Counted from the stretch's first letter, positions 10,501-24,213 are shown. The stretch: 64,000 bases of DNA from Azolla caroliniana (GCA_043228905.1 JBHGNT010000008.1:1178001-1242000), one strand, 5' to 3'. Translations and numbers: made by a program. The notes: generated from the letters alone by a model not told the origin.

Positions 10501-13500
10501 ATTTGTACGATAAAACCGTGTACGACAGGTAGGGTATTTTGCTTCTCCGACAGCGGAGCGTGTACGATAGTCGGCATCGGCGGCCGAGAGAAGACAAAGG
10601 CGGAGGGGAGACTTCGAGCGTGCGGAGTTCTCGGCCCTGACGAGGAAATCAGCGGAGCCGTGGAGGCGGTCTCATTCGACGACACCTTGGGGACGCTGGG
10701 AAAGGTGGTCGAAGAAGGCCTTAACGAAGACCGGACGATACCGGTGTGTTCCGAGGAGATGTACGGAGTCATCGCGGGCTTCGGTTGAGGACTCGAGTCA
10801 GTTCGGACGGCCCGCGTAAGCACCAAGTACAAGACTGTGGACCGGAAGGTAAGGCCAGTCGCGGCACCCTTACCGGAGGTTAGCGCGTCGAGAATCAAAG
10901 GGGTTGCATCGGACCCTAGTCTACGAGATCCGGCCTGCATAGGGCACACCTTCACCGACGAGACGCTCCGAGAGCTCAAAATAGGTGGGGGCGGGTTCCT
11001 GCTGCCGGCGGAGGAAGACCGGTTTCGGAGAATGCTCGGAAGGCACGGGAAAGCCTTCGCATTCTCGCCGGAGGAAATCGGGTGCGTTGACCCGACGATC
11101 GTGGAGCCAATGGTGATATTCACGGTACCGCATGTACCATGGAATCTCAAGCCAATCCCGGTTCCGAGAGCTCACATCCCGAAGTTGATGGAGCTGCTGA
11201 GGCAGAAACTTGATATGGGAATTCTCGAGCCGTCGAGCGCCCCATATTCGAATCGATGGTTTACCGTACCGAAGAAAAACGGTTCGTTGCGCTTCATCCA
11301 GGACCTGCAGCCGGTCAATCGAGTGACCATTCGGAACGCAGGGATCGGACCGACCATAGACGAGTTCGCGGAGGCCTTCGCCGGAAGGTCAATTTACTCG
11401 GTCGGGGATCTATACTCAGGGTACGACCAGTTCCAGCTAGCCGTGGAGAGCAGAGACATTACGACGATGCGAACTCCCCTCGGCCTAGTTCGGATGTGTA
11501 CACTGCCGCAAGGAGGGACCAACTCGGTGGCCCACATGGTGAATGCGATGAACAAGGTTCTGAGGGACTGTATCCCGGACATCACCATGCCGTTTCTGGA
11601 CGACATTCCGATCAAGGGATGCCCGGTGGAAGAAAGGGACGAGACGATCGGGCCGGACGGATGCCGGCGATTCGTGGCAGCGCACATCGACGACTGCGAG
11701 AAGGTGCTGCAAAGGCTAGAGGATGCGAGACTCACCTTCTCCGGAGAGAAGTCGGCCTTCGGGCAGTCAGAAATCATGGTGGTCGGACACCTGTGCGGAC
11801 CATATGGCCGGAAACCGTCTCCGGCAAAGGTAGAAGCCATCTCAGCGATGAAGCCCGACTGCAGCTCGGTCACGGAAGTACGGAGATTCCTGGGGGCATG
11901 CGCGTTCTACCACATATGGATCCCGCATTACGCCCACGTCGCGGAGCCACTGTACGGGTTGCTGAAAAAGGGGCAAAGGTTCGAATGGCTAAACGAGCAC
12001 GCGGAATCGGTCCGGAAGCTGAAAGAGGCCCTTGCAGCGGCACCGGCACTCCGGAAGGCGGTATACGGGAAGGGTACCCCGGTATTCATAACGGTGGATA
12101 CCAGTCCGACCGGGATCGGATGGGTCGTGAACCAGGAAGACGAGGACGGCAATCGGTTTCCGATCCGATTCGGCGCGAAAGTCCTCAGTGAACGGCAGCG
12201 AGGATACGCCCAGGTTAAACGCGAACTCTGGGGTATTGTTTCGGCGGTTAAGGCCGACAAAGATTACCTGATAGGGACAGAAGTGATCATCGAGACGGAT
12301 TGCCTGCCGATTCTCGGTATGGTTTCCGGATGCGCGACTCCGGACCTGGCGATGCTCAGGTGGATAGCGTACATCAAGTCCCTGGACCCGGAAATACGAC
12401 ACATTTCCGGGAAAGACAACGCCATGGCCGACATGCTTTCGAGGGCGAGGTTCGACGACGAGGGCGGCATGGTTTCGGAAGACGAAGAAGTCGGCGTGGA
12501 TTTCTTCGAGGCGGCGTACATAACGAGTTCGACGCGAGCAAGTACGACGGGGAGTGGCTGTAGATCGGCGGGTTTTTGAAGGCAATGACGCCCGATGCGT
12601 CATGGACGAAGGACGAGGCCAACCGGATCCGGAAGAAAGCATACCGATTCTTTCTCCGAGATGGGCATTTGTGGAAGCACCCGAAGAAGAGGAACGGCGT
12701 CCCGCTCCGGGTGGTGGCGATGAAGGAAGAACAGGAGGAGCTACTGGCGGCCCACCACGACAGCCCTTGGGCTGGACACCGTGGAACGTGGGCGACATTT
12801 GAGAAGCTGAAGGGGAAGTACTGGTGGCCGGGATTGTACCGGGACGTGCATCGGTTCGTGTCAACTTGCGAGAGTTGTCAGATGCACTCGATAGTCCGAC
12901 ACCGGGACGGGCTTCGCCCTACGTACCCTCCGACTATCCACTTCAAATGGATGGTAGATCTGGTGACGATGCCGATGGGGGTAGGACAGATGCGGTATCT
13001 GGTCCTAGCGCGGGAAGACCTGACGAACCAGGTGGAAGGCCGAGCCCTTCAGAACAAGACGACCGCGGCCGTGTGTCGGTTCCTAATCGAGGACGTGATA
13101 TGCCGGTACGGGTGCGTCGGGAAGATCGTGGCTGACCGAGGGGAGTTGGACGCCGAAGAAGCCGCGGAGCTGTTCGACCGGCTGGGGGTCAAGCTCTCGC
13201 TCACCACTGCGTACAATCCGGAGGCGAATGGAAAGGTGGAGCGCGGACACGGACCGATCGTCAAGGCGTTGGTTCGGGCATGCGGAGGCCGAATCGGTGA
13301 CTGGCCGCGGCTCCTACCTTATGCTTTGTGGGCAGACCGGACCACGCACAGTTCGGTAACCGGGTACATGCCGACAGAGCTCATGTTCGGCCAGAAGCCG
13401 ATCATGCCGATTGAACGGACGATCTCCTCGTGGGCAACGGTCGACTGGAGAGACGAGATGAGCCGGGAGGAGTTGTTGGCCGCGCGTATACGACAGCTCG

Positions 13501-13892
13501 AGCGGAGACCGGAGGACGTGGCACTGGCTACGGAGAAGCTCCGGGTGGCGAGGACAAAGAACAAAGCCCGGTTCGACCGAACGCACCGGCTACAACCGAA
13601 GAAAATCGACGAAGGTGACTGGGTGCTCGTCTACGACAGCAGCCTCGACAACCAGCACCGAGCAACGCGGAAGTTCGCACAGAGATGGTTCGGGCCGTAC
13701 ACGGTACAGAGCGCCAACGACAACGGGACGTATCATCTGGCGGAACTCGACGGTACGAGAATAGCGATACCCGTGGCCGGGAAGAGGATCAAAGCTTTCA
13801 AGAAGCGGCACGACGACGAACCCGACCCGATTCTCCTGGACAGCAGCGACGACCGATCCGAGGCCGAGGAAGGGCCGGCAGGCGAAGAGTAA
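10441..13892 (+). pseudogene. pol: pol (RT-RNase H-integrase) of gypsy B, disabled
   Basis: RT (LRFIQDLQPVN, DLYSGYDQ, LPQG, FLDD), RNase H (VDTS, RELWG, TDC, NAMADMLSR) and integrase motifs. Lesions: TGA 10786-10788, ~31-nt frameshifting deletion at ~12520, TAG 12561-12563. Confidence 0.92.
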
Positions 13893-13964
13893 AGGCGGGC
13901 CGGTTTTCTCCGTGCCAACTTAATTTGGCGCATACCGGTGGATGCGCGGTTAGGTGGGGGCGGA

Positions 13965-14635
13965 TGTCGTGAAGAAAACCGCCCACAAGAGGAATCGGAG
14001 GAACAAGGCGTGGGAAACGGCTCTACACACGCGCGCGCCAAGAAGTACATACGAGGATCCTAGGTGGGTAGATTCGGTTGGTATGCAGTTAATGCCAAAC
14101 GGCCTCTTGACGGGATATAAAAAGGAAGAGGAAGAATAGAAGAGGGGATCTCGCGCGGAGAGGACGGAGTGCTGCCGAACCGATTTCGGAGCTCCTCTCT
14201 CACTCCTGCTTCTCTGTCTTCTGCTCCATCGCGTACCTGTGCAGGTTTCGAGGAGGCTTGCGCTGCTCCGTGGAACGCCCGAGTGCGTCCTGCAGCACCT
14301 CCGACCTGTTTCCCCTTTCAGTGCGTCGCGTCATACAGGGGTCGGCATCTGTTCGCCGCCCTGTTCGTTTTCGTTAGTATCTATTCCGTGCCCCACCGTG
14401 GGTTGTAATACTTTGGCCTGTTATTTTCTTGCATTCATAAGTACATATCTTTCGTTGTTGCGTCCATCTGCGTCGGCGTTTAACTGTGATCTCTGTTTGT
14501 TGGGCCGTGTCCCTGTGCGATCTTCGGTTCTGTGTAATCGGGTCTCTCTCTCTCTCTCTCTCTCTCTTGCTCTTCGGTCCAAGACCCCCGTGGTCCCTCC
14601 TCCTTTCTGCGCGCAAGGGCGTAGCAACCACGACA
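13965..14635 (+). repeat. 3' LTR of gypsy B
   Basis: Preceded by PPT-like GGTTAGGTGGGGGCGGA; direct repeat of 7604-8274. Confidence 0.97.
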
Positions 14636-14639
14636 ACGT

Positions 14640-17046
14640 ACGCAACCTCGAAGAAGTCCATGCCGACTTCTTTGTCCTCCGAAACCATGCCGCCCTCGTC
14701 ATCAAACCTCGCCCTCGAAAGCATGTCGGCCATGGCGTTGTCCTTTCCGGAAATGTGTCGTATTTCCGGATCCAGGGACTTGATGTACGCTATCCACCTG
14801 AGCATTGCTAGGTCGGGTGTCGCGCATCCGGAAACCATGCCGAGAATTGGCAGGCAATCCGTCTCGATAATCACTTCCGTCCCGATCAGGTAGTCTTTGT
14901 CGGCCTTTACTGCCGAAACGATACCCCAGAGTTCGCGTTTAACCTGGGCATACCCTCGCTGTCGCTCACTGAGGACCTTCGCGCCGAATCGGATCGGGAA
15001 CCGAATGCCGTCCTTGTCTTCTTGGTTGACGACCCATCCGATCCCGGTCGGACTCGTGTCCACCGTTATGTATACCGGGGTACCCTTCTCGTAGACAGCC
15101 TTCCGGAGCGCCGGTGCTGCCGCAAGAGCTTCCTTCAGCTTCCGGACCGACTCCGTGTGCTCGTCTTGCCACTCAAATTTCCGCCCCTTCTTCAGCAACC
15201 CGTATAGCGGCTCCGCAACGTGGGCGTAGTGCGGGATCCATATGTGGTAGAATGCGCATGCCCCCAGGAACCTCCGAACTTCTGTAACCGAGCTACAGTC
15301 GGTCTTCATCGCGGAGATGGCTTCTACCTTTGTCGGAGACGGCTTCCGGCCATATGGTCCACATAGGTGTCCGACCACCAAGATTTCTGATTGCCCGAAG
15401 GCTGATTTCTCCCCGGAGAAGGTGAGGCTCGCATCCTCTAGCCTTTGTAGCACCTTCTCGCAGTCGTCGATGTGTGCTGCCACGAATCGCCGACATCCAT
15501 CCGGTCCTAGTGTCGCGTCCTTCTCTTCCACCGGGCACCCTTTGATAGGGATGTCGGCTAGAAACGGCATGGTGATGTTCGGGATGCAATCCCTCAGTAC
15601 CTTGTTCATTGCATTCACCATGTGGGCCACCGAGTTGGTGCCTCCTTGTGGCAGGGTACACATTCGCACTAGGCCGAGGGGAGTTCGCATCGTCGTAATG
15701 TCTCTGCTCTCCACGGCTAGCTGGAACTGGTCGTACCCCGAGTACAGATCACCGACCGAGTAAATCGAACTTCCGGCGAAGGCCTCCGCGAACTTGTCTA
15801 TGGTGGTCCGATTCCTGCGTTCCGAATGGTCACTCTGTTGACCGGCTGCAGGTCCTGAATGAAGCGCAATGTTCCGTTTTTCTTTGGTACGGTAAACCAT
15901 CAGTTCGAGTATGGCGCACTCGACGGTTCGAGAATACCCATATCGACTTTCTGCCTCAGTAGCTCCATCAACTCCGGGATGTGAGCTCTTGGTACCGGAA
16001 TCGGCTTGAGATTCCACGGCACATGCGGTACCGTGAATATCACCATCGGCTCCACGATTGTCGGGTCTACGCACCCGATCTCTTCCAGCGAGAATGCGAA
16101 GGCTTTCCCGTGCCTTCCGAGCATTCTCCGAAACCGGTGTTCCTCCGCCGGTAGTAGGAACCCGCCCCCACCGATCTTGAGCTCCCGGAGCGTCCCGTCG
16201 GTGAAGGTGTGTCCTATGCAGGCCGGATCTCGTAAACTGGGGTTCGACGCCACCCCTCTAATTCGGGACTCGCTGCCCTCCGGCAAGGGTGCCGCGATTG
16301 GCCTTACCTTCCGGTCCACAGTCTTGTACTTCGTGCTAACTCGGGCCGTCCGATCCGACCCGAGCCCCTGACTGAAGTCCGCGATGACTTCGTACATCTC
16401 TTCGAAACATACCGGTATCGTCCGGTCTTCGTTAAGGTCTTCTCCGGCTACCTTCCTCAACATTCCCAAGGTGTCGTCAAAGGAGACCGCCTCCACGGCT
16501 CCGCTGATTTCCTCGTCCGGGCCGAGAACTCCGCACGCTCGAAGTCGCACTTCCGCCCTTGTCTTTTCTCGGCCGACGATGCCGACTATCATACACCCTC
16601 CGTTGTTGGAGAAGCAAAATTCCCTACCTATCGTACAGTCGTGGGGTCTTTTCCGAGTATCCGGGCTGTCTCGGCCCCACGCCTTGGCAACCCTCTCTAA
16701 AATCCTCCCGGCTCTCGCCACCAAGGGATTCGCGGTTTCTCTCGTGGTTCGGCCGCACCGTCAGAAATTGCACCGAATGGCGCCCGTCCTGGCTTTTGAC
16801 CCTCGCGTAGGCCAAACCGTTGTCCAGCACCTTGGTCTCCATTCTCGCCGCCGTTATGTATGGTTCCCCTAATATGACCGGATGCGAGGACGTCTCCTGT
16901 ACGAAGAAGTGCTGGTCAATCTCGACGTCGCCGATCTTTACTCGCACATTCGGGCAGGCCCCGTGCAGTTCCTCGGTGGTGCGCGTCACCGCCCGTATCT
17001 TCCACCCGTGCCTGGTGTTGATCGGCCACTTTCCCTTCTTATAGAA
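14640..17046 (-). pseudogene. Protease C-terminus, RT and RNase H of gypsy A
   Basis: ORFs 16624-17070, 15900-16724 and 14374-16074 are homologous to B pol; stop at 15900, frameshift near 15810, RT motif mutated to FLAD. Confidence 0.9.
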
Positions 17047-20000
17047 TGTTGTAAAACAGTGCTCGGCCACAACCGAGGAATAGGATCAACACTTGGAAAA
17101 CAGGAAATACAGAATGCACGAGACAATAGAAAGAGAGAGTACACAGAATATTTTACGTGGAAAACCCTAAATGGGAAAAACCACGGGAGTTCTCAGACTC
17201 CAACCATCACTATGAACAGGGATGTACAATGGTGAAGCTACAAGGCAACAACCTTGTGCTCACTGTCTTCGCCACAGGCGGCGGCAATACACAGAGGCAA
17301 CGACCTCTTCGTCTCTCTCTCTCTCTCTCTCTCTCTCTGGCTGCTCTCTTCACTCCCTCTCAGTGAAAACAGAAAAAAAATGAGCAACAACACACAACTG
17401 TTTGCCCTAAGTCATATTTATACACATATGACTTTCGGGCTATTTACAAATATAGCCTCAAGGGCCCTTGGCAAACATATTCACAGATATGTCCCCGCAT
17501 CCGGATCTCTCTCCGGGTACATACGTCATCCGGCTCCGAAACCGGGGTCTTCAGCATCCGGCTCCGTAACCGGGTACTCTTCATCCGGCTTCATGCCGGG
17601 TACTCTTCATCATACGGTTCCGTAACAGCCTCCGGGCTTGCCGTCATTCATCTCCGGACATTCCATCTGGAGGGACCGAAATCCCAACAAACTCCCCCTT
17701 CACTTCGGCATGGGATGTCTCTCCAACCCGATCCTCTTCCGGCATGCTTCCAGCTTGTCGGGTGTGAGCACCTTGGTCAGCATATCCGACCCGTTCTCGT
17801 CCGTGTGGATCTTCGTCAGCACGAACTCCTTGTCTTCTATTCTTTCCCGGATCCAGTGGTATCTACGCTGGATGTGTTTCGTCCGGGAATGGTAGGCCGC
17901 GTTCTTCGCAAGGTGGATGGCACTCAGACTATCGCAGTAGAGTCGGTACTCCTCCTGCCGGATACCGAGCTCTCTAATGAAGTCCTTCATCCATATTATT
18001 TCCTTGCCGGCTTCAACAGCCGCCATGTACTCCGCCTCCGTGGTTGACAGCGCAACCGTCTTCTGCAGCCTCGACTGCCACGAAACAGCTCCACCTGCAT
18101 ACGTTATCACATACCCTGATGTGGACCGGCTGGTATCTGCATCAGCCGACATATCCGAATCGGTAAAGCCGTCGAATTCGGGCTTACCGGAGCCGAATCG
18201 GAGGCACACGTTTGCCGTGCTCTTCAGGTATCGGAGTATCCACTTGACCGCGTTCCAGTGCTCTTTGCCGGGATTGCTCATGTACCGGCTCACCACTCCA
18301 ACTGCATATCCTATGTCCGGTCTTGTACACACCATTGCGTACATCAAGCTTCCGACGGCAGAGGCATATGGTACTTTCATCATGTCCTCTTTCTCAGCCT
18401 TTGTCTTGGGGCTTTGCTTGCTGGACAACTTGCAATTTGCCGGGAGGGTTGACCCGACCGGTCTTGCTTCCGACATGTTGAACCGGTGAAGCACCTTCGT
18501 CACGTACTTCTCCTGTGACAGCCACAACTGCTTCTTCTTCCGGTCCCGGATGATGTGCATCCCTAGTATTTGCCTCGCCGGACCAAGGTCCTTCATTGAG
18601 AAGGTTCGGTGAAGCGCTTTCTTCCGCGCCCGTATCTTGACCTGGTCCCGTCCGACGATCAACATGTCGTCCACGTATAGGAGGAGTATTAGAGAGTCTC
18701 CTCCTTCGAACTTCTTCACAAACACGCAGTGATCAGACTGCGTTTTGTGGTACCCTTCGTCGGTCATGAAGGAGTCGAACTTTCGGTACCATTGCCGGGG
18801 AGCCTGCTTCAGTCCGTAAAGGCTCTTCTTCAGCCGGCATACCAGGTGCTCCTTCCCTTTCTTCTCGAATCCTTCTGGTTGCTGCATGTAGATCTCTTCT
18901 TCGAGGTCCCCGTGAAGGAATGCCGTCTTCACGTCCATCTGTTCTACCTCGAGGTCCATGCTTGCCGCTATGCTCAGCACCGTCCGGATGGAGGTCATCT
19001 TCACTATCGGGGCAAATATCTCGTCGAAGTCGACGCCCTTCTTCTGCTGGAACCCCTTCACTACGATCCTGGCTTTGTATCTCGGGGGGCTTCCGGCATC
19101 TCCCGGTTTCAGCTTGAACACCCACTTGTTTCGAAGTGCCCGCTTACCTTTCGGCAACTCCACAAGTTCATATGTGTGGTTCTCATGCAGGGAATCCATC
19201 TCGTCCTGCATGGCACTCAACCACCTGCGGCTCTGGGTGTCGTCCTTTGCTTCTTCAAAGCTCTCCGGCTCCCCCCCTCGTCGGTTAGCAGCACGTGCTC
19301 TGGATCCGGAAATCTCCGGGGGGCCCTCCTCTCTCTTAGAGGATAACTCCGTTCCGGAGCTTCGGTAACCGGCTGCTCCGTTTCCTCTTCATCCGAATCC
19401 ATTTCGGGATCGGGGCCGGTTCCGGTATCATTTTCATCTTCTTCGGCCGGTTCTGTTTCTTCGCCGTCTTCGGCCGGATCCTCGAGTGCTAACCGGTCCC
19501 TTGCCGGTCGGGACTGCTCCTCGTAGAGTTGATCCTCACCGATCGACTTGGAGCTCTTCATCTTCTTCTCCGACTCCCAGTCGGCGAGTGTCTTGTTCTC
19601 CATGAAGATGATATCACGACTCCGGAATATCTTCTTGTCGACCGGGTCCCATACTCGGTAGCCGAACTCGTCATCGCCGTAACCGAGGAATATGCATGGC
19701 CGGGTCTTTGGATCTAGCTTTCCTCTCCGGTCCTTTGCCACATGCACGTATGCGAGACATCCGAACACCTTCAGATGCCGGTAGGACACTTCCTTACCGG
19801 TCCACACTTTCTGCGGCGTGTCTCCGTCCAAAGGTACTGAGGGTGATCTGTTTATCACGTATGTCGCCGTCGACATTGCCTCAGCCCAAAACCCCTTGGG
19901 TAATTTCGCATGCGCCAGCATACTCCGGACCCTCTCCATTATGGTCCGGTTCATCCTCTCGGCCAGCCCGTTTAGTTCCGGCGTCTTCGGCACAGTAAAC

Positions 20001-22445
20001 TCGAGCCGGATTCCCTTCGAGCGACAGTACTCCTGGAACTGCCCCCGGTATTCCCCTCCGTTATCCACTCGTATCGCTTTCAGCTTCTTGCCGGATTCCC
20101 TTTCCACTCTCGCGTGAAGTTCTTTGAAGACGGACAATACTTGGTCCTTTGTCTTCAACGGTGCCGTCCACAGCTTCCGGCTATGGTCATCTATGAATGT
20201 TACAAAGTACTGGGCTCCGCCATGTGACTTCGTTTCTACCTGACACACGTCAGTGTGCACCAACTCCAATGGTGCACTACGTCTCGTCGGTGGCCTTGAG
20301 TGGAAGGAGGTCCGGTTTTGCTTACCGGCCAGACAGTCGATACACTTCCCCAAGTGTACATGCTTTACCGGTATCAGGTTGTCTTCGACAAGCCTCTTCA
20401 TCCCCTTCTCGCTCATGTGGCACAGTCTCTTGTGCCACAGCTCACCGGCAGTGTCAGCTGCCACGTTCAGCTCCTCCGGACATAGCCGGGAATTCATCAG
20501 GTACAGTGTGTTGATCTTCTAGGCCCGAGCCACTATCAGGCTCCCTTTGCTGAACTTCATGACACCGTTTCGGATGCTACCCGTGTAGCCTTCATCGTCT
20601 AGCCTCCCGGCCGAAATCAGGTTCAATCGAACCTCCGGAACGTGTCGAACATCCTTCAGCAGCATTTTGCATCCGGTCGAGGTTGTCAACCACACATCTC
20701 CTATGCCGGCAATCCGGCACGTACCTTCATTTCCCATCCGAACACAGCCATGCTCACCGGCTGTGTAGGATGAGAAGTATCTTCTCTCCGGGGTCAGGTG
20801 GAACGACGCGCCGGAATCGACCACCCAGGTCGTCTCATCGCCGGCAATGTTTAGCTCACCTTCTTCGGTGATGAGCATGATTTCTTCCTCACTTGCCGCG
20901 AGTGCCGTCGTTCCTTTCCGGTCCTGCCCTCGCCGATCCGGACCTCTCCGGTCCGTGGCTCCCCGGTATGCACCGTTTCTCTCCGGTGACTTCTTCGAAT
21001 CGGTGTCGTCGGCTCCGTTGTCTTTTCGGTAATGCCGACAATTCTTCCGGAAGTGCCCCGGCTTCCCACAGTGGAAGCATGTGGGTCTTCCTCTTGACTG
21101 CGACCGGGTCCCCGACTTCTCCCGTCTTTGCGGACTCCGGTTCCATTGTCTTCCCCGTTCCGATTCGGTAAGCAGCGCCTTCGAGTCGGAGACCGGTTCT
21201 TTATCTCTCCGACGCGCTTCTTCGTTCAAAATACTTGTCTTTACCGTTTGTAGGGACAAGTTATCTTCGGTGCAGGAGGTGCTGAGAGTCACCACCAAGT
21301 TCTCCCAGCTGTCCGGCAATGTACACATCAGGATGATGGCTTGCATTGCATCCTCCAACGGGAACTTGATCGCCGCAAGCTGGTTCACGAATCCCATGAA
21401 CGTGCTTACGTGTTCCACCATACTCTCGCCGTCCCGGTACTTGAGGTTCACTATCTTTCTCATCAGGGAGGTCCGGTTCAACGCATTCTTCCTCTCGTAG
21501 AGGCCCGACAGCTTCCTCCACATCTCATATGCGTTGGTGTCATTCGCCACATGTTGTAGAACGCTTACGTCGACATATTGCCGGATCGTCGCTACGGCTT
21601 TCCGGTTCAGGAGCTTCCACTACGACTCTATTACCCCCTTGGGTATCTCGGCATTGTCGATCGGTTCGTACAGGTCTCGGACGATGAGAAGGTCTTCCAT
21701 CTTTATCTTCCAGTCGGCGTAGTTCTGTGAGTTCAACACCATCATGCCCGGAGGCCCACCACCGCCGCCTTCCATTTTCTGTGTTACCGTCGCTCTGATA
21801 CCAATTTGTTGTAAAATAGTGCTCGGCCACAACCGAGGAATAGGATCAACACTTGGAAAACAGGAAATACAGAATGCACGAGACAATAGAAAGAGAGAGT
21901 ACACAGAATATTTTACGTGGAAAACCCTAAATGGGAAAAACCACGGGAGTTCTCAGACTCCAACCATCACTATGAACAGGGATGTACAATGGTGAAGCTA
22001 CAAGGCAACAACCTTGTGCTCACTGTCTTCGCCACAGGCGGCGGCAATACACAGAGGCAACGACCTCTTCGTCTCTCTCTCTCTCTCTCTCTCTGGCTGC
22101 TCTCTTCACTCCCTCTCAGTGAAAACAGAAAAAAAATGAGCAACAACACACAACTGTTTGCCCTAAGTCATATTTATACACATATGACTTTCGGGCTATT
22201 TACAAATATAGCCTCAAGGGCCCTTGGCAAACATATTCACAGATATGTCCCCGCATCCGGATCTCTCTCCGGGTACATACGTCATCCGGCTCCGAAACCG
22301 GGGTCTTCAGCATCCGGCTCCGTAACCGGGTACTCTTCATCCGGCTTCATGCCGGGTACTCTTCATCATACGGTTCCGTAACAGCCTCCGGGCTTGCCGT
22401 CATTCATCTCCGGACATTCCATCCGGAGGGACCGAAATCCCAACA
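17047..22445 (-). mobile_element. Ty1/copia element C, full length and young, inserted in the protease of gypsy A
   Basis: LTRs 17047-17689 and 21807-22445 (2 substitutions plus a CT-repeat length difference seen); 5-bp TSD TAGAA (17042-17046, 22446-22450); iMet PBS TGGTATCAGAGC at 21792-21803; PPT AAGTGAAGGGGGAG next to 17690. Confidence 0.97.
17700..21775 (-). pseudogene. Copia C gag-pol polyprotein with three lesions
   Basis: Gag CFHCGKPGHFRKNC, PR WVVDSGASFH, IN WHKRLCH/VHTD/DNGGEY/NGLAER, RT LYVDD, RNase H TDSD/TEAEY/ADMLTK-like. Stops at 21620 and 20519; frameshift in the C7 run at 19271-19277. Confidence 0.92.
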
Positions 22446-22450
22446 TAGAA

Positions 22451-24213
22451 GTCCATGGACATTAGGTTTATTTCCGAACCGTGGTCCACCAACGCCACCA
22501 CCGGTTCCTGAACATCTCCGATCTTTACCGGGGTCTCCATGGTCGCTCGGGCCCAGTGTGGCCTCGAATAGTGGATCTCCGCCCACTCATCTTCCAGCGC
22601 CGAGTCGTCGATGTGCGTCGTCCGTACCTCCACCGGTCTTTCCGGTTCCGTCTCCGTCGACAGTCTCTTCCGTTTCACCAAGTCTACAATGGAGTCGTGG
22701 AACTCCTTCTTGGCGATCCCTAGCACCTCCCGCAATGACAGCTTCGCTTTGCTGTCGAGGATCCGTTCTTCTAGGACCTTTCGTAGGTCCGTAGTCCTTT
22801 CTATTTTCGTCCCCAGTCGGTACCCGCCCTTCCTGGGGTTATCTAGCGAGCCGGACCCACCGGCATCGTTCCGTCGTTGCACGAATCGGGTCTCGTACCG
22901 TTGTGAGGGCCCGGCCGCTCCGGCTTTCCCCACTCGTTTTTCTTCTACTAGAGCTTCGTAGTTCCGGCAGGCGTGTTCTACGAAGCCCGTCTTCTCCTCG
23001 ACCGGATCGCTCCACCCGGTTATTTCCCGGACCCGTCTCTCAGCGCGGTCCGTTTCATCTTTCCTCAGCCGTGCGCGGGCGAGGCCTTCCAGCATTGCCG
23101 ACCAGAAACCGTCTTTGCTCTCCTTTCGGGCCTCGCTGCCCCCGACCCGAATACCGGCCGACGCCGAGTAGTGGATGGCCTCCACATGTCGGGCCGCTGC
23201 CTCTTCCATCAGTCTCTTCATACCTCCTCGCCCGTCGTTTCGGTAGTGTCGCCAGCGTGCACCCAGCCTTCCCACAGGTACACCACCCGGTTTCTCAACG
23301 CCTCTGCGAAATCGCCGCAGTCCTTCCGAATGTGGCCGACCTCGTCCCACCACATGCACCTGTTCCCCGCTGCCGGCCGTCGGTCACGAGCCGGTTCGCC
23401 GCCTTCCCTTCGAGTCTGGGCAATCTGGAGATCCTTTATCGCCCGCGTCAACTCCTCCAGCGCTGCTCCTCCGGACGAGCCATTGACCATGCCAGTCGAA
23501 GCCGGACCGGTTTCGAGCCATTCCCGGGTTTCTTCCCTTCGCACTTGCGGTGCCGGTTCAAGCCTCCTTGCTGTGACAGAGCCCGCACCGGCCGCCCCGT
23601 TGTCAGCTCATTCTCGCCGTTTGTCGAAACGGCCACAGACTCTCTTAACCGCAGCCCAGTCGGTTGTCAGCCCGTCTTCGGTTTCCAGCAAGGAGCCGAC
23701 TTGATCCCTGTCCCGCTCGTCCACCGACTTGACGAACAGTAGGACCCGGCTCGTATCCAGAACGGTTTGGTCAAGCGCCGAAAGGCGCGCAAAGCGTTCT
23801 TCGAACTCCCGGAGGAGTGCCAACACGTTTCTTCCCTTGCCGGGGGACTCCACCCATTCCATGAAGTCTCGTTTCGAAAGCCGGAGCGCGTCGTCCAGCC
23901 CGTATTTTTCCAGGAGTCGGCCTTCGAACTCCTCCCAGGTACGGCTCTTCGCCCGCACCTCGAGCACCTCCGCATGGATGCTCGGCATCGCCACTCGAGG
24001 AAACCCGGCAAGACGCCTCTCTTCCAGAATGTCCCGCATCAGCATTTCTGCCCCGTAGGACGCCAAATACTTTGTGGCATCCTTTCCGCTGAACCGGCCG
24101 ATCGTACCGACGACCGCCTCAATGGCTCTATCGAGGGCGCTGGTGCCCTCGCGTGCACTCAATATCCGATCCACGGCCGAAGCCATGGCCTCCGCAAGAT
24201 CCGACCCTTTCAT
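22451..24213 (-). pseudogene. Gag and protease N-terminus of gypsy A
   Basis: Homologous to B gag; stop at 23608, small deletion at ~23245, knuckle mutated (CMWWDEVGH). Confidence 0.9.

Larger units (their letters stand above)
7604..14635 (+). mobile_element. Ty3/gypsy element B, full length and very young, inserted antisense into element A between RNase H and integrase
   Basis: 671-bp LTRs 7604-8274 and 13965-14635 with one difference seen; exact 4-bp TSD ACGT (7600-7603, 14636-14639); PBS and PPT present. Confidence 0.97.

Noticed and set aside
14374-16074. 566-aa ORF with an apparently novel C-terminus
   Set aside because: It is a chimera of A's RT-RNase H reading into the antisense LTR of B, a by-product of the insertion.
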